The position numbers and the translations under genes are program-made. Below, piece after piece: positions 9,411-18,567 of a DNA stretch of 64,000 nucleotides. How positions within the stretch are numbered: the first letter of the stretch is position 1; each line of letters begins with the position of its first letter. A model generated the notes under the pieces. The model saw only the letters and a list, made by a program, of their open reading frames with translations. It was not told the DNA's origin and did no database searches. Origin of the DNA: a virus; IMG/VR virus record IMGVR_UViG_3300046542_000335, positions 10,702 through 74,701 of that record. One strand, written 5' to 3'.

Positions 9411-11126
9411 ATGGCTGAAGTCACTATTCCGCTTGGTAACGGCGATTCCGTTATCGTGTTCAAAGACCGCCGGGCCCTGACGTTCAATCTCCAGGACCTG
9501 TACAAATACAAGTTGGTCGATAGCTCGCCCGACATCATCAAAACCGAGAAGGGTGTCCACATCGCCAACGAAGGCGACTTGGTCTACGACTTCTCCATGG
9601 GCTGGTTCCGTGTCAGTCGCGTGGATTACACCACCTACGTGGCCGAGCTGAACATCTGGGAACCCCTCGATACTGGGGAGTCTCTGGCACAGCTGGACAT
9701 CCTGTTGGGTACTGGTCCTGGCTACGCTAGTGAAACCTGGCGCTGCTACCTGGACACTCGTGTGTTCCCTCACCGCCTGCAAGTGGATAACCAACTCCAC
9801 ATCCGCGGTTCTGAGGCTCACGAGATCCGCATCTTTAAAGGTGTGAACGTCTCGGTCTCTGGTGAAGTCATCAGTGCGTACTACGTTAACAACGAATACG
9901 TCAATGATGCCATTCCGCTGGAAGTCTACGCGACGACCAAGTTGGACAACATCGCTGAGAAGATCCCGAAGATGGGCTACACCAGCCGTAAGTTGAATGA
10001 CGGCGAAGTGGTCACAGCGGTGACGTACAACATCCACGGTACGCCGATCGACTACAACAAGCTCCTGATCCACAACACCAACCTGACTCGTGCTCCAAGC
10101 GAAGCTCAGAAGCGTGTGGCTGGCATCAAGCTGATCACCAGTCGTCTGTCCAGTTCCGAACCGAACGTGATCGAGATGCCAATCAACATCACGGTAGCGT
10201 CCCTGGCCATGCGTGCCCAAGTGACCTACACCGACGGCACCAGTTCCATCATGGACGTGGTGGACGAAGACGCCAACGGCAAGTTCCGCATCAATGGTCT
10301 GAAGTACTGGTCTCCAACCGTGGGTGGTCGCGAGCAGAAGCTCGAGTTGACCTACGAGTTGTCGCAGAACGAGGAATACTCGTACACGCAAGGTCAGACT
10401 GCCAACGGCCGCGTGACCGAACCGTACCTGATCCGTGGCATCGAGTCCGATCCAGCATACAGCCTGAAGCTCTACGCCTACCCAACGTGGAAGGACAGCG
10501 TCAACGGCTACATCCTGGACTACTGGCTGTACGACGCTACCCGTCAGACGGCGCTGCGCGTTCCTCGTAACGCTGTGGAACTCCATCCGGACAGCTCGCC
10601 ATTCAACGGCATCGACTTCACCACCATTCAGATCATGAAAGTGGCAGTCAAGATGAAGTTGATCGACGCGGCTTACGGCGACTACCAGCACGTTCAACAG
10701 TTCCAGGTCAGCTTGCTCCGCTCCGGTGGCATGCAGCAGACCAACTGGCGCATGAAGTTCTCCGACAACCAGGTCGACTGGTACGGCGACAACCTGATGG
10801 CCAAGATCACTGCCAACACTGGCGGTCTGTCTTACATCGAGTTGGCGAATGGCTTCACCAAGCAATCCGATTGGCTCAACGCTCTGTACTACGGGATCAA
10901 CCCACTGTACGACAACATGAGCGAAACCATCGCGCCAGCGCCTACCCACGTCATCATCACTACGAACACCCGTACGTTCGAACTGCCGATCAGTCAGTGG
11001 GCTACCAAAACGATCTTCGTCAACGACGTGATCGAGGGTGGCGTCATTTACCTGAAGTGGATCAAGCGTATGATCAACGGCGATCTACAGCTGGGTGTCA
11101 GTGGTGTGGTTTGTCACAACTATTGA
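9411..11126 (+). CDS. Virion structural protein (phiKZ gp26-like)
   Basis: About 570 aa beta-rich ORF directly upstream of terminase; start could be 9399, 9405 or 9411. Confidence 0.72.
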   Translation: MAEVTIPLGNGDSVIVFKDRRALTFNLQDLYKYKLVDSSPDIIKTEKGVHIANEGDLVYDFSMGWFRVSRVDYTTYVAELNIWEPLDTGESLAQLDILLGTGPGYASETWRCYLDTRVFPHRLQVDNQLHIRGSEAHEIRIFKGVNVSVSGEVISAYYVNNEYVNDAIPLEVYATTKLDNIAEKIPKMGYTSRKLNDGEVVTAVTYNIHGTPIDYNKLLIHNTNLTRAPSEAQKRVAGIKLITSRLSSSEPNVIEMPINITVASLAMRAQVTYTDGTSSIMDVVDEDANGKFRINGLKYWSPTVGGREQKLELTYELSQNEEYSYTQGQTANGRVTEPYLIRGIESDPAYSLKLYAYPTWKDSVNGYILDYWLYDATRQTALRVPRNAVELHPDSSPFNGIDFTTIQIMKVAVKMKLIDAAYGDYQHVQQFQVSLLRSGGMQQTNWRMKFSDNQVDWYGDNLMAKITANTGGLSYIELANGFTKQSDWLNALYYGINPLYDNMSETIAPAPTHVIITTNTRTFELPISQWATKTIFVNDVIEGGVIYLKWIKRMINGDLQLGVSGVVCHNY

Positions 11127-11167
11127 TTAGGAGACGGCTGGGGTAACTCCCAGCCGTACACCAACTT

Positions 11168-13327
11168 ATGGCCATTTTGTACGAAAAGGATTGGGACAAG
11201 TATCCCGACGCGATTGTTCACACGGAATCTCGTAACGAGTCCTGGGTGAGAATGGCGGGCAAATACAAGTTGATGGGAGTCAAGCATTGGTACATGATGC
11301 TGGCATTGATCCAGCCTGAGTTGGCCAAATGGGACCCTTTCGACCCTAACCTGCCTGAACACATTGTCCAGATGATGATGCTGGAATGCGAAGAGAACCC
11401 TTGGTACTTCTTCCGGGAGATCCAACGGGTACCTGCCAAATCTGGTGGTGGTTCTCACCCACTGCGGGCTAACCGCGGTAACATCGCCATGTTCTGGTGC
11501 GTAATGAACTCCTTCATTACCTACGTCCAGCAAATCCGTCAGACCGGTAAGTCGCTGAACACCCGCGCTGTGGTGAACTACTTCCACAACGTGGCAGCTC
11601 GTGATTCCATGCACATTCTGTTTACCAAGGGCGACCTGCGTAAAGAGGAGATCAAGGAATACAAGCTGATGCGGGACCTGCTGCCTAAGTGGATGTGGTA
11701 CTTGCATCCTAAGGACGCGGACAACCAGCATGAGTTCACCACCCTGTCCCGTGGCAACCGCACCAAGTCGTACGTTCCTCAAGGTGACCCTGAGGCAGCT
11801 AACGGCGTGGGTCGTGGTACAACTCCAACCCTGGTAACAGGTGACGAGGTTCCTTTCCTTCCGTACGCAGAGATCTCGATTCCTTCCCTGATCGCTGCAA
11901 CCACAGCCTCTTTCGACGAAGCCCGCGCAAACGGTTCCATGCACGGCATCTTGTACACGACTACGGCCGGTGACTTGTCCACCGATTCCGGTAAGTACGT
12001 GTTCGAGAAGATCAAGTCGATCGCGATGTTCTTCAGTGAGATCCTTTACGATTGCGTTGACCGTAAAGACGCCGTGGCCACTATCCGGGCTAACAGTAAG
12101 TCGGAAGCGCCCTACGTCGACATCTCCTTCAACCACCTGCAACTCGGTTACAGTGACGAGTGGCTGCGTGAGAAGATTGCTACCGTACCAGCGTCCCGAG
12201 ACAAGATCCGTCGAGACTACCTGGGACAGTGGACGTTCGGTTCTGCCAGTAACCCGATCAAGGAGAAAGTCCTCAACCGTATCCGGAAGAGTCTCAACCA
12301 AGAGCCGATTACCGACAAGTCGAACGAATCGTACATTATCCGATACCACGTTCCGAAGGAAGAAGCCCTGCGCCGTAAGTCGGTACTGGGTCTCGATACT
12401 TCCAACGCCGTGGGACGAGACAGCATGTCGGGCATCATGGTGGACATCGAAACCGGTGAGGTGTTGTTGGCCTTCTCGGTCTCTGAGTCCAACTTGATTC
12501 GATTCTCGATGTGGTTCAGTAAGTTTATCCAGGAATTCAAGGAGATGACGGTTATCCCTGAAGCCAAGTCTACTTGGATCACCATCCTGGACTACCTGCT
12601 GATCGATCTACCGGTGAATGGCGTTGACCCTGGCCGTCGCATCTACTCTCGGGTTGTCGATCGTGCAGAGCTCTCTGAGAGCGCTAAGCGGGACTATCGT
12701 GAGTACTCGCATGGCGTTCCTACTGAACGGAAGTTCTTTCCGTACCGTGCGGACTTTGGCTTCCCTACTTCGGGACCACTGCGGGAAGCGTTGTACATCG
12801 ACATCATGCCAGTGGCTACTGAAACGACTGCAACCATGATTCGGGATGCCTCACTCATTGAGGAACTCTCGACCCTGGTGGAACGTCGTGGGCGGATTGA
12901 CCACGCCTCCAGCGGACACGATGACCATGTAATCTCATGGCTCATGACTCACTGGTTCATGCGTTCTGCTCGTAACCTGGATCACTACGGTATTGATACT
13001 CGCCGTATCTTGAGTCGTTTGCGTACTGCGGCCGTTGAATCGCCACAGGAAAACAAACGGATCCTGAAGGAAGAGAAACTCCTGACGGATATCCAGTTGA
13101 TGGAGGAGAAGATCGACAACAGCAAGTCTCACATGGAACGTAAGTACCTGGAGACCAAGTTGAAGGTCATGCGCTCCGAACTGAAGTCGGTCGAAGTGGT
13201 GGACAGTGGTGTGTCTATCGATAAACACTCCGACACGGCCAGGTTTGACAAACAAGCTCGTGCGAAGTCCAAACATCGCGACCAGCTGTTTGGTGGGTTC
13301 AAGAACAACACGTTCCTTCGACGTTAA
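11168..13327 (+). CDS. terL: Terminase large subunit (phiKZ gp25-like)
   Basis: Walker A 'IRQTGKS', Walker B 'LVTGDE', RNase H-like nuclease motifs 'LGLDTS' and 'GHDDHV'. Confidence 0.92.
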   Translation: MAILYEKDWDKYPDAIVHTESRNESWVRMAGKYKLMGVKHWYMMLALIQPELAKWDPFDPNLPEHIVQMMMLECEENPWYFFREIQRVPAKSGGGSHPLRANRGNIAMFWCVMNSFITYVQQIRQTGKSLNTRAVVNYFHNVAARDSMHILFTKGDLRKEEIKEYKLMRDLLPKWMWYLHPKDADNQHEFTTLSRGNRTKSYVPQGDPEAANGVGRGTTPTLVTGDEVPFLPYAEISIPSLIAATTASFDEARANGSMHGILYTTTAGDLSTDSGKYVFEKIKSIAMFFSEILYDCVDRKDAVATIRANSKSEAPYVDISFNHLQLGYSDEWLREKIATVPASRDKIRRDYLGQWTFGSASNPIKEKVLNRIRKSLNQEPITDKSNESYIIRYHVPKEEALRRKSVLGLDTSNAVGRDSMSGIMVDIETGEVLLAFSVSESNLIRFSMWFSKFIQEFKEMTVIPEAKSTWITILDYLLIDLPVNGVDPGRRIYSRVVDRAELSESAKRDYREYSHGVPTERKFFPYRADFGFPTSGPLREALYIDIMPVATETTATMIRDASLIEELSTLVERRGRIDHASSGHDDHVISWLMTHWFMRSARNLDHYGIDTRRILSRLRTAAVESPQENKRILKEEKLLTDIQLMEEKIDNSKSHMERKYLETKLKVMRSELKSVEVVDSGVSIDKHSDTARFDKQARAKSKHRDQLFGGFKNNTFLRR

Positions 13328-13329
13328 CG

Positions 13330-13366
13330 GCATAGAGGCAGGGGCGGTAAACCCCTGCCTCTATGC
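13330..13366. terminator. 15-bp GCATA...TATGC hairpin between convergent genes
   Basis: GCATAGAGGCAGGGG-CGGTAAA-CCCCTGCCTCTATGC. Confidence 0.75.
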
Positions 13367-13372
13367 TGCGCA

Positions 13373-13702
13373 TTACGCTGAACGACGGTTCAGGTTTTCG
13401 AGCTCAACGCCGATCACCAGCGTGTGGTCTTGGTGTTCCTGACCCCACGTTTCCAGCAAGCCGGTCTGGTAGTCAACCCGGACAACGAACGGACCAATGT
13501 CTGCGGTGTAGCCATTGGCTTCACGTTTGACCGGACCGCCCTTGAAGCCGATGTACGAGCTGTTGGCCTCTTCGCCAGCTGCATCGAGGACGCCCATGAT
13601 CTCGACATGCTTGATGCTGTCGGTGAAGCAAGGGTTGTCACCACCCAACAGGGCAATGAGGTTGGCCTTACCTTGCTTGAACGGAATCTTGTACTGATGC
13701 AT
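13373..13702 (-). CDS. Hypothetical protein, 109 aa
   Basis: Start overlaps the upstream stop (TAATG); strong codon bias. Confidence 0.7.
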   Translation of the reverse strand: MHQYKIPFKQGKANLIALLGGDNPCFTDSIKHVEIMGVLDAAGEEANSSYIGFKGGPVKREANGYTADIGPFVVRVDYQTGLLETWGQEHQDHTLVIGVELENLNRRSA

Positions 13703-13866
13703 TACGCCACCGCCTTACAAACCATGACTGGAACCGGAATACCCAACTCAGCACAACGTTTCTCAAGAGCTTCTTGAGCTGCCTGGAACTGACGCACTTG
13801 TTGGAGGTGCCACTCACGAGGACGTGGCTTGATCTTGCTGCGATCGAGCTGACTAAGCCGGACCAT
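13702..13866 (-). CDS. Small hypothetical protein, 54 aa (absent from the ORF track)
   Basis: MVRLSQLDRSKIKPRPREWHLQQVRQFQAAQEALEKRCAELGIPVPVMVCKAVA; TAATG overlaps at both ends. Confidence 0.7.
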   Translation of the reverse strand: MVRLSQLDRSKIKPRPREWHLQQVRQFQAAQEALEKRCAELGIPVPVMVCKAVA

Positions 13867-14207
13867 TAGACAGCAACCTCGTGTTCGATCTGGCTGAACG
13901 CATCAACCTTCTTCTGGGTGACGTTCATGTACAGCTTGAGCAGATCACGCTCGATGTCGGCCAAGTCGCCAGGAACGCCTTCCAGAGCATCCAGACGGGC
14001 TTGGAACTCGACCATGTCCGCCAGGATCAGCTGTTGGTCGTAAGTGAACTGACCAACATGACCCAACGCCAGGTGGGATTCGTCGAACGCCTCTTTCGGA
14101 GACCAGGAGATGTGACCGTTGGAGTACTTGACGTTGTACCCAGCTTGACCGTCCTTTTCCTGTTCCCAGGCCATTACGATCTTACGACCTACGTAGTGTT
14201 GAGTCAT
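13866..14207 (-). CDS. Small phage protein with a 'YVG.K...GY.V.Y..G..SWSPK..F' domain and a helical C-terminus (crAss001_48-related architecture)
   Basis: Motif visible in the translation; family assignment from recall. Confidence 0.6.
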   Translation of the reverse strand: MTQHYVGRKIVMAWEQEKDGQAGYNVKYSNGHISWSPKEAFDESHLALGHVGQFTYDQQLILADMVEFQARLDALEGVPGDLADIERDLLKLYMNVTQKKVDAFSQIEHEVAV

Positions 14208-14219
14208 GTTGCTATTCCC

Positions 14220-15479
14220 TTATTGGCGGTAGTGTTTCATAGTGAATGTGCGGAGGAGGATGTAAAGCAGTACTGCGTTGCGGACAGCTGCGATGAGAAC
14301 ACCGTTCTTACTCTTCAGAGTCCGGCGGGCGATCCCTTCAGCCAGTTCGCGCATTTCGATGATCTGCGGATCTGCGGTACGACTGGCTTGATAGAGAGCA
14401 CGCATCTTCTTGAGCAACCCGCCGATGTCACTTTGGTTCTCCATCACGTTAGGATTTCGAGCCAGGTAATTGAAGGCGTGTTGCAATACGACCGTACAAA
14501 GCTGTTGAACGTCTTTGTCGGCACGAGGCGAGGAGTTGGCACTCATGTATTGCAAAGTCGCCTGCAACGAGCTCTTAGGCATCGTAGGGACGGTCTTGGC
14601 AATCACTTCGATGAGTTCAGGCACCATGAAGCTGTTCTTGTCCGGGAGCACTTCCAGGATGTAGCGCATATAGGTAGACACGAGTCGTGTTTTATCACGC
14701 ACTTTCAACTCGCCATCCATCTCAATCATGGAGCTACTGGAACGGATCTGCATCTCAGGACTGTTCTTAACGACGGTGAAGACGTCCCGGATGTTCTTCA
14801 GGATATCCTTGATACGACCTTGAGTGTCGTTCACCATATATACAACTTTGTCGTCGTTAAGAAATGACAACAGTTCTTTATAGTGTAGCTCACCTTTACC
14901 TACGACTGCTGCCGCACGAATGCGTAGCAGGGCACCCCAACTACCAGCCACCTTCAAACCAAAGCGTTTGTTGAGGGCTGCGTAGGTAGCCTGTGCGATA
15001 ATCGGGTCGGCGTTATAACGGAACCAATCGGTGAGGATGGAGGTGATGAACTTGTATTGCACAACCAGGATGGAAGCAAGCGCGCCTTCATAACGCTGCT
15101 GTTCATTCAGCAACGGACTGGTGAGGAAACGGTGAGCCATCCAGAAACAGCTGAGGTTCATTACGTCGCTGGATACATGGCGGTGAGGTAGGATAGCAGG
15201 CAGGGCGTGGAGATCATCCTCCAGCGAGTCCTCATCGGCATCCATGACTTCGTTGAACCAGCGGTTGCGATCCTCGTCCTTAAAGCGGACAGGGTGGACG
15301 CCCATGAGGTTTCCGCCGAAGAACGCGATGTGTGTGTCGTTCTTGTTTACGAACTGCTGCTCGTAGACTTTTACCTTTGTCAGAAACTTCACGTCAAAAA
15401 TGATGTGAGAACAGTGTTTCTCAAAGGTACTGTTGACGCAAGGCGAATCGGCCTTTACAGACGGCAAGACGTTGCTCAT
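14220..15479 (-). CDS. Conserved Chimalliviridae protein (probably phiKZ gp32-like)
   Basis: 419-aa helical ORF with 'HIAFFGGNLMGV'; located near the terminase block. Confidence 0.6.
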   Translation of the reverse strand: MSNVLPSVKADSPCVNSTFEKHCSHIIFDVKFLTKVKVYEQQFVNKNDTHIAFFGGNLMGVHPVRFKDEDRNRWFNEVMDADEDSLEDDLHALPAILPHRHVSSDVMNLSCFWMAHRFLTSPLLNEQQRYEGALASILVVQYKFITSILTDWFRYNADPIIAQATYAALNKRFGLKVAGSWGALLRIRAAAVVGKGELHYKELLSFLNDDKVVYMVNDTQGRIKDILKNIRDVFTVVKNSPEMQIRSSSSMIEMDGELKVRDKTRLVSTYMRYILEVLPDKNSFMVPELIEVIAKTVPTMPKSSLQATLQYMSANSSPRADKDVQQLCTVVLQHAFNYLARNPNVMENQSDIGGLLKKMRALYQASRTADPQIIEMRELAEGIARRTLKSKNGVLIAAVRNAVLLYILLRTFTMKHYRQ

Positions 15480-15501
15480 GAGTACCTCAATAAATCGATT
15501 G

Positions 15502-15533
15502 AAATTAATTATGACAGTACATTACTGCCATGA
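15502..15533 (+). promoter_or_regulatory. Putative phage promoter (TACATTAC core)
   Basis: Variant of the recurring AAA..TT.CAG...TACATTAT...TGA motif. Confidence 0.55.
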
Positions 15534-15547
15534 TCAGGAGAAGAAAG

Positions 15548-15733
15548 ATGTCGATCAAAACTGAAAGCATTAGCACTGGCCAAGGTATCGAATGTGAAGA
15601 CTGCTGCTCGTTCGCGAGCATGCGCGTTGTCACTCCGAAGGAGACGTTCCATCTCTGTGGCCGACATTACAATGACCGCCGTGACGACTTTGACGTCTCA
15701 ACCCCGGCAAAAGAAACCACATCATTAGGCTGA
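15548..15733 (+). CDS. Small putative Zn-binding protein
   Basis: CxxC...CxxH; upstream AGGAG. Confidence 0.6.
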   Translation: MSIKTESISTGQGIECEDCCSFASMRVVTPKETFHLCGRHYNDRRDDFDVSTPAKETTSLG

Positions 15734-15751
15734 TTTACCGTGGAGGTAACC

Positions 15752-16219
15752 ATGCATCAGACTCAAGTAGCCCAACGAAGCGCGTTCGCTCACGTCCTTG
15801 AACACCACACTCTGGATTATCTCATGTGCGATAACGAACTGAGCCAGCGACTGGTCTCAATGAACGAAGAAGTTGAAGTCCCGCGCACTGTCGTTGGGAT
15901 GTCCTACCCACCGACCAAACGTTGGTCGTCTACCGAGACTTGCCTGGAGTATCTCCGCATTCTCGCCTACGTTCCAGATCACCACTACGAACTGGAAATG
16001 GAAAGCGCCACCTTCCCACTCATGATGCTCCAGGTTCATGAGAACTATCGTCCTGAGCTCTCCCTGGATGAGTTCCACGACGAAGTATCGACCAAGGCTG
16101 GCGTCATCAAGCTGTTGGTCTTCCTGACCGGTGAAGAGTATCCTGCGAAGCCGTTCTCCTGGGAAGGGTTGTTCTGGGATATCCAGCCAATCGATCAGTT
16201 CCAAGCCATCCAACAATGA
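15752..16219 (+). CDS. Hypothetical protein
   Basis: GGAGG RBS before ATG 15752. Confidence 0.7.
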   Translation: MHQTQVAQRSAFAHVLEHHTLDYLMCDNELSQRLVSMNEEVEVPRTVVGMSYPPTKRWSSTETCLEYLRILAYVPDHHYELEMESATFPLMMLQVHENYRPELSLDEFHDEVSTKAGVIKLLVFLTGEEYPAKPFSWEGLFWDIQPIDQFQAIQQ

Positions 16220-16255
16220 CATAAAGGCGGGGGTGAAAGCTCCTGCCTTTATGCT
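16220..16255 (+). terminator. CATA...TATG hairpin
   Basis: CATAAAGGCGGGGG-TGAAAG-CTCCTGCCTTTATG. Confidence 0.65.
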
Positions 16256-16330
16256 GCGTCCTCTTCGGCTCAGTTCGCTGGGCGTGGTCGAAGTAAACCA
16301 TCACCATGCCTGACGGCAAGGGAGCGTGTA

Positions 16331-16828
16331 ATGAAACGTCAATTCCATGGCCACCCGCAACGGCCTAACAATCAGCAACAAACCCCACAGTCCACTCAAG
16401 AGAAACCCGCCATGACTTTCGAAGTTAACGAACACGAAAACGAAAAAGGTAATGGTCACCAAGGCGACCAGTCCCGCCAACCAGTAGCCGGTAGCACTGA
16501 CACCGCCGTTACCCACGGCGATGTTCACCTGGCCCTGCGTTGCCGTCAAGCGGCCCTGGACGTCGTTCTGGATGGCGTGCCGTTGATGCGTGCCCAATCC
16601 CGCCTGATGAGCATCGTGGACAGCCAGTGGTGGCAGCAAGCCTTCGAGCTGACCAATCAGGAAGTCCTGCGCCACCGCGACATGCTGGCCGAAGGCGCAA
16701 CCTTCCAAGAGATCGTTCTCTCCGCCGAAGACAACGGTGAAGACATGATCTCCCTGGCCAAGCGTCTCAACGTCAGCTTTGAATCCATCGCTGACGCCCT
16801 CGACAACCGCGACACTGTGAAGATCTAA
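16331..16828 (+). CDS. Hypothetical protein
   Basis: Strong codon bias; alternative start at 16412. Confidence 0.7.
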   Translation: MKRQFHGHPQRPNNQQQTPQSTQEKPAMTFEVNEHENEKGNGHQGDQSRQPVAGSTDTAVTHGDVHLALRCRQAALDVVLDGVPLMRAQSRLMSIVDSQWWQQAFELTNQEVLRHRDMLAEGATFQEIVLSAEDNGEDMISLAKRLNVSFESIADALDNRDTVKI

Positions 16829-16837
16829 GGAGCCGAC

Positions 16838-17551
16838 ATGGCTGGCAAGACTACTGCTAAAGCACCATCTGGTACCGCTGCGGACAAACCGCAAACCCGT
16901 GCTAAGCCAGGCCCTAAGCCTGGTGCTGCGAAAGCGGCTACCAAACCCGCTGCCGCTAAACCGGCGGACCCTAAACCGGAAGCACCTACCAGCCCGGAGC
17001 AACTGGCGATGAAGGTCGACCACACCAAGGAAAACAGCGATACCTTCATGACGATCGTCGAAGTGGGTACCGCGAAGAAGGTGTTCTTGGAGAACATGGC
17101 TCATGCCCTGATCTTCGACATCTTCCAAATGCACCAGGTGCTCCACGCGCTCCGCAGCATCACCGACGTAGAAGCCAGTTACTTCTTGGACTTCTACGCC
17201 TCCCGTCTGCGTCCGCTGTTGGTCGAAGACATCCTGAACGGCGACATCGGCGGTCTGCTGGACCTCGGTGTCTGGTACGCACTGGACGGTCAGGAAGAGA
17301 TCCTCACGGAAGGTCTGATCACTCGCCTCGGCGATGACATCCAGGCTACCCCTGAGCAAACTCGCAAGCTGGCCATCGAAGCCGTCTACGGCGACAACCG
17401 CAACGAGACTCCTTCCAGGGGTGAACGTTGGATGCCTGCCCTACACCGCAACAGCTCCCGTGAGGACCTGGAACGTGTAGCGCCAGGTCATGGCGGCCGG
17501 TCGGCCTCGGATGCGCGTGAGAGCACTTATACCTCGCGCCGCAACCGTTAA
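16838..17551 (+). CDS. Hypothetical protein with Ala/Lys/Pro-rich N-terminus and Arg-rich C-terminus
   Basis: AAGGAG RBS; 'AKPGPKPGAAKAATKPAAAKPA'. Confidence 0.8.
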   Translation: MAGKTTAKAPSGTAADKPQTRAKPGPKPGAAKAATKPAAAKPADPKPEAPTSPEQLAMKVDHTKENSDTFMTIVEVGTAKKVFLENMAHALIFDIFQMHQVLHALRSITDVEASYFLDFYASRLRPLLVEDILNGDIGGLLDLGVWYALDGQEEILTEGLITRLGDDIQATPEQTRKLAIEAVYGDNRNETPSRGERWMPALHRNSSREDLERVAPGHGGRSASDARESTYTSRRNR

Positions 17552-17563
17552 CGATTAAGAAGG

Positions 17564-17605
17564 ATGGGAGGGGAGGGCCAACCCCTCTCCTGTCTTTCTT
17601 TTTTT
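17564..17605 (+). terminator. Intrinsic terminator
   Basis: GGAGGGG/CCCCTCTCC stem plus a long T run. Confidence 0.75.
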
Positions 17606-17639
17606 GTGTAAATAATGACACCGTTGGCTAGATAGTATG

Positions 17640-17895
17640 TTTCACCTCTTTTCATGCTGGAGAAGGCGAGGAAGGGGGTGGTATAGACTCGAGCGAAGCG
17701 ATGAGGATATACCGGGGGATGGAGTGGATGAGGCATAACTCAATCTAGTCTGACCAGTGAGTGTAACGAACGCCGTTAGACTAGATTATCTATATAGCGC
17801 CGCAGGCGCTAATAGGGTTGTAAAATATTACAGAATAGCTAAATCCTATTTAGATCTAAAGAGAGTCTGGGTCTACTGCCCAGACTCTCTGCTCT
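17640..17895. other. Structured non-coding region with GNA-triloop DNA hairpins; candidate origin or priming signal
   Basis: Four inverted repeats; GAGCGAAGCGA 17691-17701, GAGTGTAACGA 17759-17769, TAGCGCC-GCA-GGCGCTA 17795-17811, then an AT-rich tract. Confidence 0.45.
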
Positions 17896-17968
17896 TAATA
17901 GACCGAATAAGATGAGTGCGGTTTACCACCGCACGAAATCATTACTCCAACAACCAAGGGTCTTTTCG

Positions 17969-18514
17969 ATGTCCTACTATGCTGAACTACTCAAGGGGAG
18001 TTTTGAATCCCTGAAATCCGCTACTGAGCCAGGCATGCGTTCCAGTGGTGGTTCCATGATTGACGTCAAGGTCAGTGAGAACCCTGTGCTGGACAAAGTC
18101 GTTCCAGTGAAGGAAGAGGTCCGTAAGGCCCTGCAAGTCTCCGGTTACCTGATCAAGGGCGACGGTACGCTGGATGCTGGTGAAGAAGATGGTCCTACCC
18201 CTGCTGTCAAACCTAGCCTGGAATCCTCGGGTCACGATCCGGTAGCCTTGGCTGCGATGGTAAGTCAGGGTCAAGTGCCTAAAGAGACCAACCTGGTGGT
18301 CAATGGCGTACACCTGGCGGAAAGCATCGATCCGAATGCTACCCAGACCCAGACGGTCACCATCATGACCCCGAACGATGTGGTCGATCCTGAAGCCGAC
18401 GTATTGTTCCTCACCGGGGATGATGAATACGGCAGCGCCAAAGAGTACCTCTCCACTGAGGGCTACAAGGTAGCGACTACCACGGATGAGCTGATCACTC
18501 TCCTGCGCTCGTAA
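17969..18514 (+). CDS. Hypothetical protein, possibly a processed head protein
   Basis: Contains S-x-E motifs (SFES, SLES) like phiKZ prohead-protease sites; inference only. Confidence 0.6.
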   Translation: MSYYAELLKGSFESLKSATEPGMRSSGGSMIDVKVSENPVLDKVVPVKEEVRKALQVSGYLIKGDGTLDAGEEDGPTPAVKPSLESSGHDPVALAAMVSQGQVPKETNLVVNGVHLAESIDPNATQTQTVTIMTPNDVVDPEADVLFLTGDDEYGSAKEYLSTEGYKVATTTDELITLLRS

Positions 18515-18567
18515 AAACTTACACGGCAGAGGTATCTGTTGAACAACCCTCTGCCGTTGGAGTGACC

